From Eledone cirrhosa (taxonomy: Eukaryota), in assembly GCA_964016885.1 (NCBI GenBank), contig OZ024740.1, positions 154,256,001 to 154,320,000 of the forward strand: a DNA stretch of 64,000 bases, given 5' to 3'. Position numbers and translations under genes: made by a program. Under the pieces are notes generated by a model, which made no database searches, was not told the origin of the DNA, and worked only from the letters and a program-made list of their open reading frames with translations. Of this stretch, positions 12,628 through 25,589 are shown piece by piece; the stretch's first letter is position 1, and each line of letters opens with the position of its first letter.

Positions 12628-14588
12628 TGTGTGTGTGTGAAATTGGCTAGACAGAAACCTATATATATATATATCATTATATATAGTTTTCTGTCTAGCC
12701 AATTTCACACAAAAGGCTTTTGTAAAAGTCACAGCAGACATTAATAATCGACAGAAAGTGAAGTTTTTTTTTTCATCAACGAGATACATAGTTTTAGAAA
12801 TGACATTAGATCTCTCTAGAAATGCAATGACATTATCACGATTAATATTATTCATTATCAACACGGTATTTATAGGCATTGTTGTGAGAAATGTGTAGAA
12901 ATTCAGAAAGCCAAAACATAGTTTATCAAATAACAGCAAGAAGAGCTGCGTATAATGAAATATACCATTATTTTATTTATCCTACGCAAGACATAGAAAA
13001 ACAACTATCATAACATACATATTCGATCTAATATTAGTTACAGAAAAAATTAAATTAATGTGATGTATACTTGCTTATATGTAATGTGAATGTATGCAGA
13101 AACAAGTTATAAATACCTTGTTAGAGCATAATTCTTTCTAGTGGCAAGCCAATCTTAGTTTCTGAAAATATATTTAACACAAGTAATCATTAGCGGGAAG
13201 AACCCGCTATCGCAGGATTCCAAAGAGCCGGGAATCGAAAAAAAACATTAATAATTTTTTCACTGATCTAAAGTTTTAATTCCATTTTATAACCTGCTAT
13301 CAGGCGGTCAGAATTTCTTAATGTATGAAAAATGGTATCCTATACGTGGACGTATAGGATACAATAGAGAGGAGGTATTGTTGATGGACGAGACAAATTC
13401 ACTTCCTTAATGTGTCCAAAGCTAGGATGAGTCTATGTTACATATCAGACTACGTTTATCAGAGTACATAAAGCACGATCCTATTCAATGACAAACACCT
13501 TAACAAAAGTCGTGTATACGTAGCCAATCTCACGGACTTTTACGAAGAGACGAGGCGATACAGTTAATATAAATAGCGGCGTTCTCATGCACGGACATGC
13601 TATAAAATAGATTATAAAATAGGGTGAAAACACTTAAAGACAGAAAAAGAAGTTACCATCGGTCGCTACGAGGAATCAAACTCCGTATCTCCGCGCATGA
13701 GCACACCACACTTTATATAAACATTAACAAAAGTGTTCAATTAAAAATACTTTTACTTTCTAAGTGGGCATTCTTAGAATCGCTACGTAAATAATAACTC
13801 ACAATGTAAGATTGAACCTGGAACCATATTATTGCAAATCAAACTTAACAGTATGATGGAAATATCAGCGCGACTTTCCTCTAAAATAATTTTGAGTTTG
13901 GTTGTAAAGCATTAAGTAAATATAGAGACTTATGTAACACTGTTTACCTATGAGACGAAGTATTATATTGTTCAAGTCAGAAGGTCATTTTTAGAAGAAA
14001 TAGTACTACTAAATTTCAAAGAAAATCTCAAGCTAATATAATTGAAAGGTTCATGTCACATTTATTGTATGAGAACAGTATTTATTTATCTTCAGATCAA
14101 TTACAAGTTTAAATGTGTCCGCCAGCATACAAAAATATAAAGACAGGAATATCAATTATCTAAAAGAGTTAACATTATACGAACATTTTCAGCGTATGTG
14201 TTTGTATCTGTATGTAGGTGTTTGCATGTCTGTACGTGTGTACGTACAGTGTATTACCGATCTAATTTGTAAAGCTTAGAGTGCGGACGTAGCACATTCT
14301 CATTGACTTTTATAAAGAGATATAAGACACTTGCTGACAGGTGTCACAAGGTGAGCTTGAATAACGAACTGCTACCGTCCACAGTCAATTTAAAAAAGTG
14401 CCAGACGGTAATTCATTAAGAGTAATGAATAAACGCATGATTATTTTTTTTCATTTCATTGTGATTTTTATTTTATCTTTTTTTAATTACGTACTTTTAC
14501 TGCACAGCGCAACTCTGTGCGCCAGAGGTATGTTGCAGTGGTTTGTTAGTTTTTTAATTTTATTTTATATTTTCATGTGTATTCAAAG

Positions 14589-14756
14589 CAGACCTGCCAA
14601 CCCAAACGGTTGTACCATGAAAAAAGTGTCCCAAAACGGGGAGAATTGAGGAATAATAATGAAAGCTATACACATTTCCACAAGAGAAGACATCTCTCAC
14701 CCATCCCAAAGTGGGTGGGAGATCTCCCCGTCAGACGAGGAGAGTTGACAGGTGTG
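14589..14756. mobile_element. Probable MITE (hAT-like)
   Basis: Imperfect TIRs CAGACCTGCCAAC / GTTGACAGGTGTG. Confidence 0.55.
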
Positions 14757-16199
14757 ATGTGTGTAGTGTTTAATTGTGTGTTTATCTCTCTATGTTGTGC
14801 ATATTTGTACATATTAGTTTTATGATTGGCTTTTGAAAATTATTTCCACGGCGTATAGTGATTGCTTCTGTTATCAGTCGGGATATTTCAAGATTTATAG
14901 TTAGGTAATTTCTTCCTTTCATTTTGAAATAACATATCTTCTTAATACCGATACTTCGATTCAGAGATTCTGCTTTTTCTATTTGTCCTTGACAATATCT
15001 GTTATGGTATTTTGACTTGATTTACCTTATTATTGGTTATTGGTTTGTGCCGACGTGGTATTGTAGGCTCCCGTGTGTTTGTTGTTTTCCCATATTTAAA
15101 TCATTGCTTTGTTAAATCTTTATAATTCGTATATATGCCCAAAAAGTATTTTATAAAATGGAAGCGATACCCCGTCCACATCTAACGACTATACCAAACA
15201 GCATATTAAATTATATATTCAACTATAGCTGTCACTCAAAAAGCACATGGCCTTCTGCTTATGTCAGAAACGAATAACTGAACGATTCTACGTCTAAGCT
15301 TTGTAGTGTGTCCTGTTTAATAGCAGAGTTCGGGACAACAAGAAGTAACCATAGTGTCAATTTAGGAAATCCAGAAGTCCCACATGTTTGAGTGTACAAG
15401 AAACTATATACTTGCAATATGACTGCACACGTAAAAGACATTGAGAAATTTAGGTTAATCTAATTCGGGGTATATAGCTTTAGGCAACCAAGTGGAAAAT
15501 GAATTAGGAATATAAAACGGTGATTCACCGAAGCTTATATATATGAAATATATATGTGTGTATATGTGTATTTATATATTTAATTCTTATTCTCTAAAGT
15601 AAGTTACGTAACTTTATTGATTTATTATATGTTGATTTCCTTGTATAAAGGCGGATGATAGCAAAACTGGTAGAGTGTCTGTCAAAATGTCTTGTGGTAT
15701 CTAGTTACGTCCTTTTACGTTCTTATATCAAATACCACCAAGGGTACTTTTGAATTCCTTCTTCACGGTGTCTTTCAAATACAATACCATTCAAATTTTG
15801 GTGGCAATTAAATCGACTAGCCTTGCCCCATTGTTTTTGACCTTGTGTTAGATATTATTTTATTTCATTATATAAACTGCTCCTTTGCTAAATATCTTTA
15901 GAGTATTAGATAATTCACCAATTAAGTTATTGATTAGCCACACTTCACTTTGTTCGAATATTAATGACAAATCGAACAGTTCCTTAGACACAAGGCTGAA
16001 AAATTTAAATATGATAATATTAATAATTGATCAATATCATTAATTGATATGTTATTTCTCCTCAACAAATTAAACAATATCGTTTTCTCTTACTAATTCG
16101 GTAAGAACTGTGAAGACTATGCTTCGTTAATAAAAGCAGAATAATGCCGACATATGTCCGGAATTGTCTTTCGTAATTGTCTTTGCAAAAAAAAAAAAA

Positions 16200-16540
16200 T
16201 AATAAATAATGGTTTCTGATTTAGGCACAAGGCCAGCAATGTTTGAGGAGAGGAAAGTCGATTAAATCGACTCCAGTGCATTACTGCTACTTTATTTTAT
16301 CGACCTTGTAAGGATGAAAGGCAAATCTAGCCTCGGCTGGATTTGAACTCAGAATGTAAAGGGCCATAACTCTATGCCGTAAAACATTGTCCGACGCTCT
16401 ACCAAGACTACCAATCCACCGCCCTTAAAAATGATAATAATGGTTTCTGATTTAGACACAAAGCCAACAGTTTTGTGGGAGGGAAAAGTCGGTTAAATCG
16501 ACCCCAGTGCGTCACTGGTGCTTTATTTTATGACCCCGAC
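16200..16540 (-). mobile_element. SINE family A copy plus a duplicated partial 3' part
   Basis: Reverse complement of the family A consensus at 16200-16427; second tail at 16435-16540. Confidence 0.8.
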
Positions 16541-16716
16541 AACAGCAATGACAACGACAACAACAATAACGTATATATCAACAATGACAAGGTGTCAACA
16601 ACAACAGCAACAACAATAATAACGACTACAACAACAAGGGCCACGACAACTACCACGGCAACACCAACGACAGCAGCAACAACGACAGCAAATGCAAAAC
16701 AATAATGAAAACGAAT

Positions 16717-16890
16717 AGGCTATGTAGCCGGTAAACCCTAAAGGGACGCAACACACATCGCTATAGCGTTTCACCAATTTAACCATTGATGGTGGAAAAG
16801 ATTTCAATTTGTTTTAAAAGTTGTTTTAACAATTGTCTTAACTCGGGCCGCAACTCATAGTGTCTGACACTCTTACCGGCTACATAACCT
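16717..16890. mobile_element. MITE
   Basis: TIRs AGGCTATGTAGCCGGTAA / TTACCGGCTACATAACCT. Confidence 0.7.
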
Positions 16891-18547
16891 CTTCCTAATG
16901 AAAAGTATATTAGTCATTGACTAATATCGTTTTAGGGTTTTTTTCCATCACCAAAAATATTTTATTATTTACCCTTTTAATGTTAACAGTAATTTAACTA
17001 TTACTGTCAAGAATTATATAATCTCTACCCCATCTTAAGTATTTACTTAGTTATTGTTTCATCATTACTTCACCGTGTTCTATATTGGCTAAACTTCGAT
17101 GAATATATCAGAATAAGACTGAAACATTTCACTTGAGCTGTCAGACGTATTTAGTGGGGAAATGAAAGTAATATCGATCATTGACTAATATCACCTATCT
17201 CTCACTACATATGTATTCCTGGTTGCGTGTATAGGGTCCCATATATTAAATATATCATCATTAAACTAATTCTAGTGGGTTTTATTTCAGTTGTCTTAAT
17301 CTATACCATGTATAGATAATTTTTTTTATCAATATCAAGTAACAAAGCACTAATACGATTGAGAATATAAATCTTTTCTTTGAATGTAAGAAAGGTGGCG
17401 GAAACGGTAATACACACCTTTCAGCATTTAAGTACGTTCTTCTAGGTTCTGTGTTCAAATCTATCTTAAATCAATTTTGCCTTTCATTCTTTCGGGCGTC
17501 GATAAAGTATATATCAGTCATGTGCACAGGTGTTACGCAACTGTAATTATCATTAAAGAATTGTGAGTTGTGCCAACATAATAAGAATTTGGTATTTTTC
17601 TTCTTGTGACTCTTGATAAAACATGCCACGACCTTTGACAAAACCAACGCCTCTGAGCAAAGATGTGGTCAAACAGTTCACTTGGTTTCGTTTAGATAGA
17701 AAATAAACGACATAGTGGATCACGGTGAGAGTGTATTTTGCTCTTTACTAATACTCACCTTCACACTACAACTACACACTCTACATATTCGTTAATAGTG
17801 TACTCAAAGACTCCTCGCATCCTATTCTACTTTTCTATTAACTTCTCATTTGACAAAGGTCTTGGATAATGCTTTAATTTTTTTTTCTTAGTCTCAAGGA
17901 CCCGTTTGTGTATAAAGACATGTGTGAAAGAGAAAGAAGAGGGAGGGGCGAGAAAAAAAGAGAAAACAATTTTGACACCAAGTTATATTTGAACTTTGAA
18001 ACCTGACATTTCTAATGAACTGGATCTTCTAATGTAATTTGGTACCTTCCTCATCCAACACAGAGCAAGTAACCCCTTCCCAGTAAATTCTCATATAATG
18101 GTTATTGATTTTTATATTAAAGAATGTGGTCTCAGATTAACTGGTAATGGTGTGGGTAGTGGAGCGGAGGAATCAGAGGCTGTGACATTTATTTCATTAA
18201 TTGACGAAAGACATAAGTGAAAATCGTTAATGACACATAAGAAATGTCGAAATAAATTTCAACTGAGAATAGAAACCGTGCCATGAATTCTATAAAACAG
18301 TGTTTATCACATTCAAAATCATTATATAGGAATACCAGTAATGCACTGGGTAATTGCTGGCCTTGTGCCTAAAGTAGAAACAATTATATAGGAATACAAA
18401 AGTGAATCTGTTACAACAGATAGCTAAGGCTACTCATGGTGGTTTGTAGGTTGAGAGCTGACCACTAATATAACAATGCAAGAGGAATTTTTCAGCGATA
18501 TTGATTTCACAGTTTATTTCATTTGATATTTAAGTATGACATTTACA

Positions 18548-18677
18548 ACCCTTTACGTTCTGCCTTTCATCCTTACGGGGTCGATAAAATAAAGTACCAG
18601 TAACGAACAGGGGCTATTTAATTGACTTTCCCCTCACGCAAATTGCTGACCTTGTGCCTAAATCTGCCACCATTATT
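18548..18677 (+). mobile_element. Partial SINE family A copy (tail-only copy also at 18333-18390)
   Basis: TGCCTTTCATCCTTACGGGGTCGATAAAATAAAGTACCAGT core. Confidence 0.75.
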
Positions 18678-18682
18678 TAAGT

Positions 18683-18761
<79 letters not shown>

Positions 18762-18806
18762 AAGTATGTCCATAGAATCATTTTATAATATATATATATT
18801 AATTCA

Positions 18807-19280
18807 ATAAATGGAATAGAATGAAACGAAATTTCATTTCTCACTCTTAGTACGGCACTTACTTAAATGTAAGTATGTATGTATGTATGTATAAGTAAGT
18901 GTGTATGTATGTATAAGTAAGTATGTATGTTAAGTAAGTGCCGTACTAAGAGTGAGAAATGAAATTTCGTTTCATTCTATTCCATTTATCGTTTTCGGTG
19001 CGCGCGGCCGACTGAACTCACTCGATATGCAAATTATGCTGCTCAGCCGTTAATATGCACAAGGAAAGTATATACTTTCAGACGTTCAACCATCTGGCAG
19101 GAAGGTATACGATGCTGACGATAGATAATAAGCTTGAAACTAGTACATCGTTCCTGTGTCAGTGTTGAACAAAAAGGTGACGTGGTTGCCTAAACACTGT
19201 ACGGCGTAATTCGGGCTGTTTGTTTGTTTACAAACAAACAAACCGAGCATTATAATAAATGTTCGGTAAACCGATACGTG
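18807..19280 (+). mobile_element. Non-coding hammerhead-bearing element with an inverted copy of its 5' end
   Basis: 60 bp perfect inverted repeat (18807-18866 / 18930-18989) around (TATG)n. Hammerhead at 19109, AATAAA at about 19254, TA/CA-rich flanks. Confidence 0.7.
19109..19151 (+). ncRNA. Minimal type I hammerhead ribozyme
   Basis: ACGAUG-CUGACGA-uAG(auaauaag)CUu-GAAAC-ua-GUA-CAUCGU. Helix I is 6 bp and extendable by CAGGA/UCCUG; helix III is the palindrome ACUAGU. Confidence 0.8.
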
Positions 19281-20049
19281 CATATATATATATGTGTGCA
19301 TGTATGTATATATATACATACTACTGTACGTCTGTATACATATATGTATGTACGTATACATACATACTTACATTAATTCAAATATTAACAAAATAGATAT
19401 TCTTGTGATCAATTAAATTTTATTATACATATTTCAGAGGTACTGAATCAAGTTCAACAGTACGTCCTCATCCGATAAAATAAAATGATACATGACATAC
19501 CCTGACATGTTAGATGGTTAAGATTTAATCAAGGTAGTGATTAACTTATGAGAAAACTCAATATTTATACCCTAATATTGAGAACATGCGAAAACGTAAT
19601 AGCATCAATAGAGAGAGTGTGAGTAAGAAAAACATTGCCTTAATGCAACAGTTATAGGATTTTTAAAATTTGAAATACTACTATAGAACTATAGAGGAAG
19701 ACGTATCTGGAGTTATAATTTATTTAGTGTTTAGCTTGAGAGGACAACTGACAGATAATTAAAGAGAGGGAGAGACAAAGAGGAGTAATTTATGCTCAAA
19801 TTTTCTTTAGACAACATAAACATATATAGCTTTAGCGGTTAAATTTCAAAATATTTAATTTATGTTATTTTAGGGCAAAGAATCAAAATTTTAGCTTTTA
19901 AAAGTTGATGGTTATTTGTATTAATTTTATAATATAATTGTGTTAAATTTCTAAAATTAATAACTCTGGGAAATATCAACTGTAGAGTGCTTCCAATCTA
20001 CTGTAAAACTCATTCTTTGATGTACTCATTGAATATTGTTAACTCTTTA

Positions 20050-20080
<31 letters not shown>

Positions 20081-20156
20081 TCTTCACATTTATTATTATT
20101 ACTATATATAAAATATATATAATTTAGTCTTCACATTTATTATTATTATTATTATA

Positions 20157-20220
<64 letters not shown>

Positions 20221-20757
20221 AGTGGAAGCTTAGTAAAATCGAAGCTTTGGCTGTGGGCAAGCAAAGTCGACCTAAATATGAATGAGTTAGCAAAGCACTC
20301 AATAAGGGTAGGTCCTTAGAGTAATAACATACGTTTAAATAGCTTGACAAATTGAAGTGGTAGGCAAAACCTAACACACAATACCAAAGTAACGAAAAAA
20401 CAAACAGGTTAAAAAGATACACCTGGACAAATCAAACGATAAACGTTTAAAGTGTTTCTGTGAAATCCGAAATCAATTATCCAGCTTACGTAACAGGCAC
20501 GCTCGTGGTATTCCATGATCGAACAGAGGATTCATTTCATCAACAGGGATTCCGTTCTGCCAAAAATCGGAGTGGACGAGCTAAATGCTGCTGCTATAAA
20601 CCAGCCATCGTACACTTAGTTATCACGTGTTATTTCTAACAAGGGAAGCAGCCCCCGGTTTTTGGCAGGTAGATTCAAAGTGTTAACAAAGGAGATATTA
20701 TAATTTCCGCTAACATTCAGAATAAAAGCTGTTAACCAGATGTTATTAAACAAACAC

Positions 20758-20850
<93 letters not shown>

Positions 20851-21053
20851 TTATTTATTTATTTAGGTTCGTTGGTTCACCACTCGATAGAACTGATCAT
20901 TCCGTATGGTCAACCTCGATGTAATATTATGGAGAGCACTCAATGTAATGCAACTCACCCGTCTTCGTTTGTATAGTTGGTGGTGCGAGTACGGAGTTAA
21001 TTATTATAAAATAACAGAAGACTGGACTGGTGTAATTCCTTAAAAGGTTTATT

Positions 21054-21111
21054 ATACTATGATCATTTCAATGACCGGGTTCAGTATGAATCCGGTGACA
21101 TCATCAGGTAT
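21054..21111 (-). ncRNA. Type I hammerhead ribozyme
   Basis: Minus strand reads AUAC-CUGAUGA-UGucACCGGAUUCA(uac)UGAACCCGGUCA-uu-GAAA-UGAUC-AUA-GUAU. Palindromic helix III AUGAUCAU; AATAAA immediately downstream. Confidence 0.8.
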
Positions 21112-21659
21112 TCGAAATATAACAAAAGAATATAATAGACAAAATCCATGGGGCTGAAAATCAGAGATATGAGGGCGACCGAACATTTAGCAGCTTCTGC
21201 CCCAGTCGGCCGTCCTGAAGAGATGATTATTAAGCCTACTTATGTCCATCTGGTGAAGGGGCGTAGGCTTATGGTGTACTACTACCACCCCGTCAAAGAC
21301 AGAGGCCAGCGTTGAGGTCAGGTCACAATCAAGCTGGTCATGAGTGCTAGAAAGTGCCGCGAAAAATGTTATCAAAGAACATATATCTTAACAAATCTAT
21401 ATATAGTAATATATAATGGGCGTCTGCATGGTATAATGTATGGACAGAAATTACGATTAACAATTAGAAACGTTAAATTTATGTTTAGAGTTAGAAGATG
21501 CCATTTAAGATGAAATTAGAAAAATAAAGGTTTAGGTTTGAAGTTGTGAGATTTAGTTAAAGAATTTACAGAAGGAGGCTGTTATGAAAAGGTTTAAGTG
21601 TATTATAGATAGTCACGATAAAGTTTCAGGGTATAATATAGAGCAAAGATAAAGCCCAT

Positions 21660-22190
21660 GCTTGGCGGTCAATAACCAGTGACGTTGCGGACCCCCGGCC
21701 AGCCCGGGGCCCAACGGCGTGTCAGACGTTCCGAGTATTATCGTCTAGCGAAAGAAATGGAAATTTATTTTTCCGAGCACTCCAGGAATGTTAACTGTCT
21801 TAATCGTCGGGTGTGTTAGCGGGAAGTCCGCCACCGTTTGGCTGGCTATCGTATATACCAAACGATTACTAGTTATTCACACTGTTGGGGGATTTAGTTA
21901 AGTGCTAGTAGAAGGAGGCAGGATAAAGTTAAAAGTTATAATTAAGCGTAGAATTTAAATGTACTGTTTGGCGGTCAGTAACCGGTGTCGCGGTGGGTTC
22001 CAAGTCCGGCAGGGCCCCAGGGCGAAGCAGCCGTTCTGAGTATTTTCGGTTACCGAAAGAAGGGAAAATTTATTTTTCCAAGCACTCAAGGAAGGCTGAT
22101 CGACCCGAGCGCCTGGCGTGCATATGAGAAAGCCGCCACATCCGTCGGATCATCGCGTGTACCAAACGATTATTAGTTATTCACACCCGT
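21660..22190. repeat. Diverged direct duplication of an about 220 bp GC-rich unit (21660-21881 and 21967-22187)
   Basis: Shared blocks TTGGCGGTCA, GAGTATT, CGAAAGAA, AAATTTATTTTTCC.AGCACTC, CCGCCAC and ACCAAACGATTA.TAGTTATTCACAC. Confidence 0.8.
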
Positions 22191-23158
22191 GATGTGAAGT
22201 TGAAAGTGGTAAAATCTGATGAAATGTGCAAATAGACTATAGTTAGTCCCCAGTTAGTGCGGGTTATATGTAGTGTGATTCCTGTGTGGGTAGGGGGAAT
22301 GAATAAGGATAAACAGATATAAGGGTGCAGAGAGTAATATTCTAGGGCCGTGTGCTAATGAGTACAAGGATACGTATATAATGAGAGTAAAGGGAGTAAA
22401 TAAATGCATAAATAGAACCATAAGTAAAATACATAAATAAAATGCAGTCATACCTAAGGTGGTGATGTAGAGAGTAAAAAGGAAGTATATAAGAACATAT
22501 CGAAGAAATCACAATACAGAAGAAATAAAATACAGATCAAGGTGCAGTAAATGGGCAATATATAGCACGGTTGGAGAATGCAAGGTTATACATATAGATA
22601 TAGAGGATGGAAGAGTTAGAATGGTATCAGGTGATACCTAGTGTATGTTCGAGTCTGAATTTTCAATGTGAATCCCAAAAGCCGATAATATATGCAGACG
22701 GATGGTGCAGTGCACCTTACTGCTTCATTTTACGTGTTTTGTGCTTACTGCTGCATTTTACGTGTGTTGTGTTGAAGCAAATAACTGTGTATACTCTGGG
22801 AATGTATCTTACATTGCCTATTGAGTACACTGAGATACAACCGGTCCTGGCATTGATAAATATGCTGGGTCCGTCAACCCTTATTATATATATATCAAAG
22901 GTATATATTGAGTTAGAAACTCAAAATAGTCTCTTAGAATAAAATAGTTCAAGGAAAGAGATTTTTCCTAGCCGTATATTATAATTGAATATAAAAGAGA
23001 TATAAACACAGACATATACATATATGTGTTCAAATCGTAAGGGTCCAGATTCGCTAAGGTGAAAAAAATACAATCTATGGACAATAGGGTTTGCCAGACT
23101 CAATTTAAGAATAAATCAAGAAAATAAATACAAACCGGAATTGTGGTAACTACCAATC

Positions 23159-23234
23159 ACCCAGACAGCGTTTGACGATGCTGTTTCGCAAATTAATTGT
23201 GAAGAGGATTACCAATTATTGCTCATCAGTGGGT
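23159..23234 (-). ncRNA. Canonical type I hammerhead ribozyme
   Basis: Minus strand reads ACCCA-CUGAUGA-GCAAUAAUUG...CAAUUAAUUUGC-GAAAC-AGC(aucgucaaac)GCU-GUC-UGGGU. All three helices pair, G10.1-C11.1 is present, GUC site. Confidence 0.9.
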
Positions 23235-23283
23235 AAATAATTAGTAAACTCCACACTTGAATAGTGTGAGTATATATAATAAC

Positions 23284-23406
23284 GACCTCGTAAGGATGAA
23301 AGGCAAAGTCAACCTCGGCGGGATTTGAACTCAGATCGTAAAGGGACGTAACTATGCTGGAAAGCATGGCGTCCGACCCTCTACCGATACTGCCAATCCA
23401 CCGCCC
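23284..23406 (-). mobile_element. SINE family A copy (5' half)
   Basis: Nearly identical to the 29160-29280 copy. Confidence 0.9.
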
Positions 23407-23987
23407 TATATAGATAGTAATAATAATACATTTGAAGACTAAAATCCCATTAAGGGTGAAAGCAACGATTCTTTGCTTAAACTTTAATCTGTTATTTTAA
23501 TAAATATATATGTATGTATGTATATATGTATGCATGTGTATGCGTGCGTCGCATGTTCGTGCATGTGATTAAGTTTGCGATTCTTAGATTTATGGAAGAG
23601 AAGAAACAGGATATTAGAGCGTTCATGTATTTCCTCCATTAACAGTGAGATGTAGGTGATTTAGACTTGAGCTGAACATTGAAACAGTAATGCCGACTTG
23701 ATTCACTGAGACCTTTTCGTTTTCTTTATTTTGTCGTTCTGTACAAAACCTACAACAATCAAAATATATATAGAAATGGAAGAAGACTTGACAACCAGTT
23801 GTGACATATGTCAAGAGTACAAAATTAAATAGAATATGGTGGCGGTGGTGGCCGTTGTGAGCGTGATGGTGGTGGGGATGGTGGTGGTGATGATTGTAGT
23901 GGTGGTGGCGATTGCAGCGGCGGTGGCGGCGATGGCAGCAGCAGCAGCAACAGCAACAGCAGCAGTAGCAGCAGCAGCAACAACAGC

Positions 23988-24038
<51 letters not shown>

Positions 24039-25589
24039 CGCAGCAGCGGCGACAGAGGAGCTGTCGCAATTATTTAAATATTTTCTCCTAATCGGAGTGA
24101 GACTACAGCTTAAAATACTTGCAGGTCAAACCAACCAATTATTTCATTTCATACGGACAGCTTCAACGGTAGTTAAAACATACAGAACTAGGATTATAGC
24201 TATAAAACTCGACATGCCAACAATCATCAACAGTGATATGATAATGGGCCTCAATTTGCAGCATGAGCACAATGGAAAGTTATATTCTCTTTTTCGTGTA
24301 TGAGAAACATTTGATCAGACTTGTCAGGTCAATTTCAGAAAAAAGAAAATACTACAAAATATCCAAAAGCTAGCTCAGCTCAATTTTAATTTAATGAATT
24401 GATAGCATTATATGATATTCAGTATGGTTGATGAATTGACAGAATCGTTACAGCATCGGATAGGACATATTGCGGCATTTGTTCCGGCTCTCTCAGTTCA
24501 AATTTCGCCAATGATCAAACTAAAAAAATAAAAGTGTAGTCCTGGAAAGTAATGTAATATCGCAACCCTTTAACTGATATCAAAAGTATATAAACTACAA
24601 AATTGTTTAATAAATGCTAACATACATTGGAAAAATCAATCAATTGAAATTACTTTTGCAATGCTTAGCGGCTCAATCAATCGCTACTGTTAACCAAGTG
24701 TGATCAACTTCGAAATTTTGAACCATTGAAATAACTTTTGTAATGATAAAAGTGAAAACGTAAGGTCAATGAGAAATGTTCTTGATTGTGTTGTTGTTGT
24801 TGTTGTTGTGTAGGTGATGGTGGTTTTGCTCCAGTTTTGCTCTGGTTGAATAGACACCTAATTAAAACCGTTCTTGTCTTATGCATCTCGTCTGTTTATA
24901 TATCAATGACTTTATCACTTGTGTATCTCTTGTCACAAAGTTCGTGCGTAAGAGAATCGAATCGGGCACCCCATGGTTAGGAAGAGAACTTTATTAAAAA
25001 ATACCACATGCACATACTATAGAACCAAGGTTAAGATTACTATCGCGCACAGTCCACTACTGTAACTCCTCTATTGTAAACAGTTACTGTATATTTAGAC
25101 CTGAATTAACTACGGTCTAATTAGCTGACATTTAGATAGCATGATCCAAATAGTGAAGTGAACTGTCAAAAAACAATTGGGATCCATATTTGGTAATATT
25201 GATATATTTCTCCTTTATCAGAAGGTCACATATTTCAAGGAAGTCAAAGAAGGGCCTGATAGGGGCGTGGCATGAATTAACTGATGTTATTGTTAGGAAT
25301 GTGACACAAACTACTCTTGAAACCTGGCATTCGGTGATGCGAAACGAGCCTTTTTCAAACACCCATTGTACAGGCTCTATTGTATATGGTCCAATAGTAG
25401 TGGAGCGTAACCTTTCACTTATTCAGTAAGGTAATTACATTTCTAACCTCAGTCGTCACAATACGATCACCAGCATCACATCATTTCACCGCAGTATCGA
25501 CTACACCAGTATTTCATTCATATTACAGCCACAACCACCATCACCACAACCATTACCATTATCCTACAATCACCACCATCAAAGCCATA

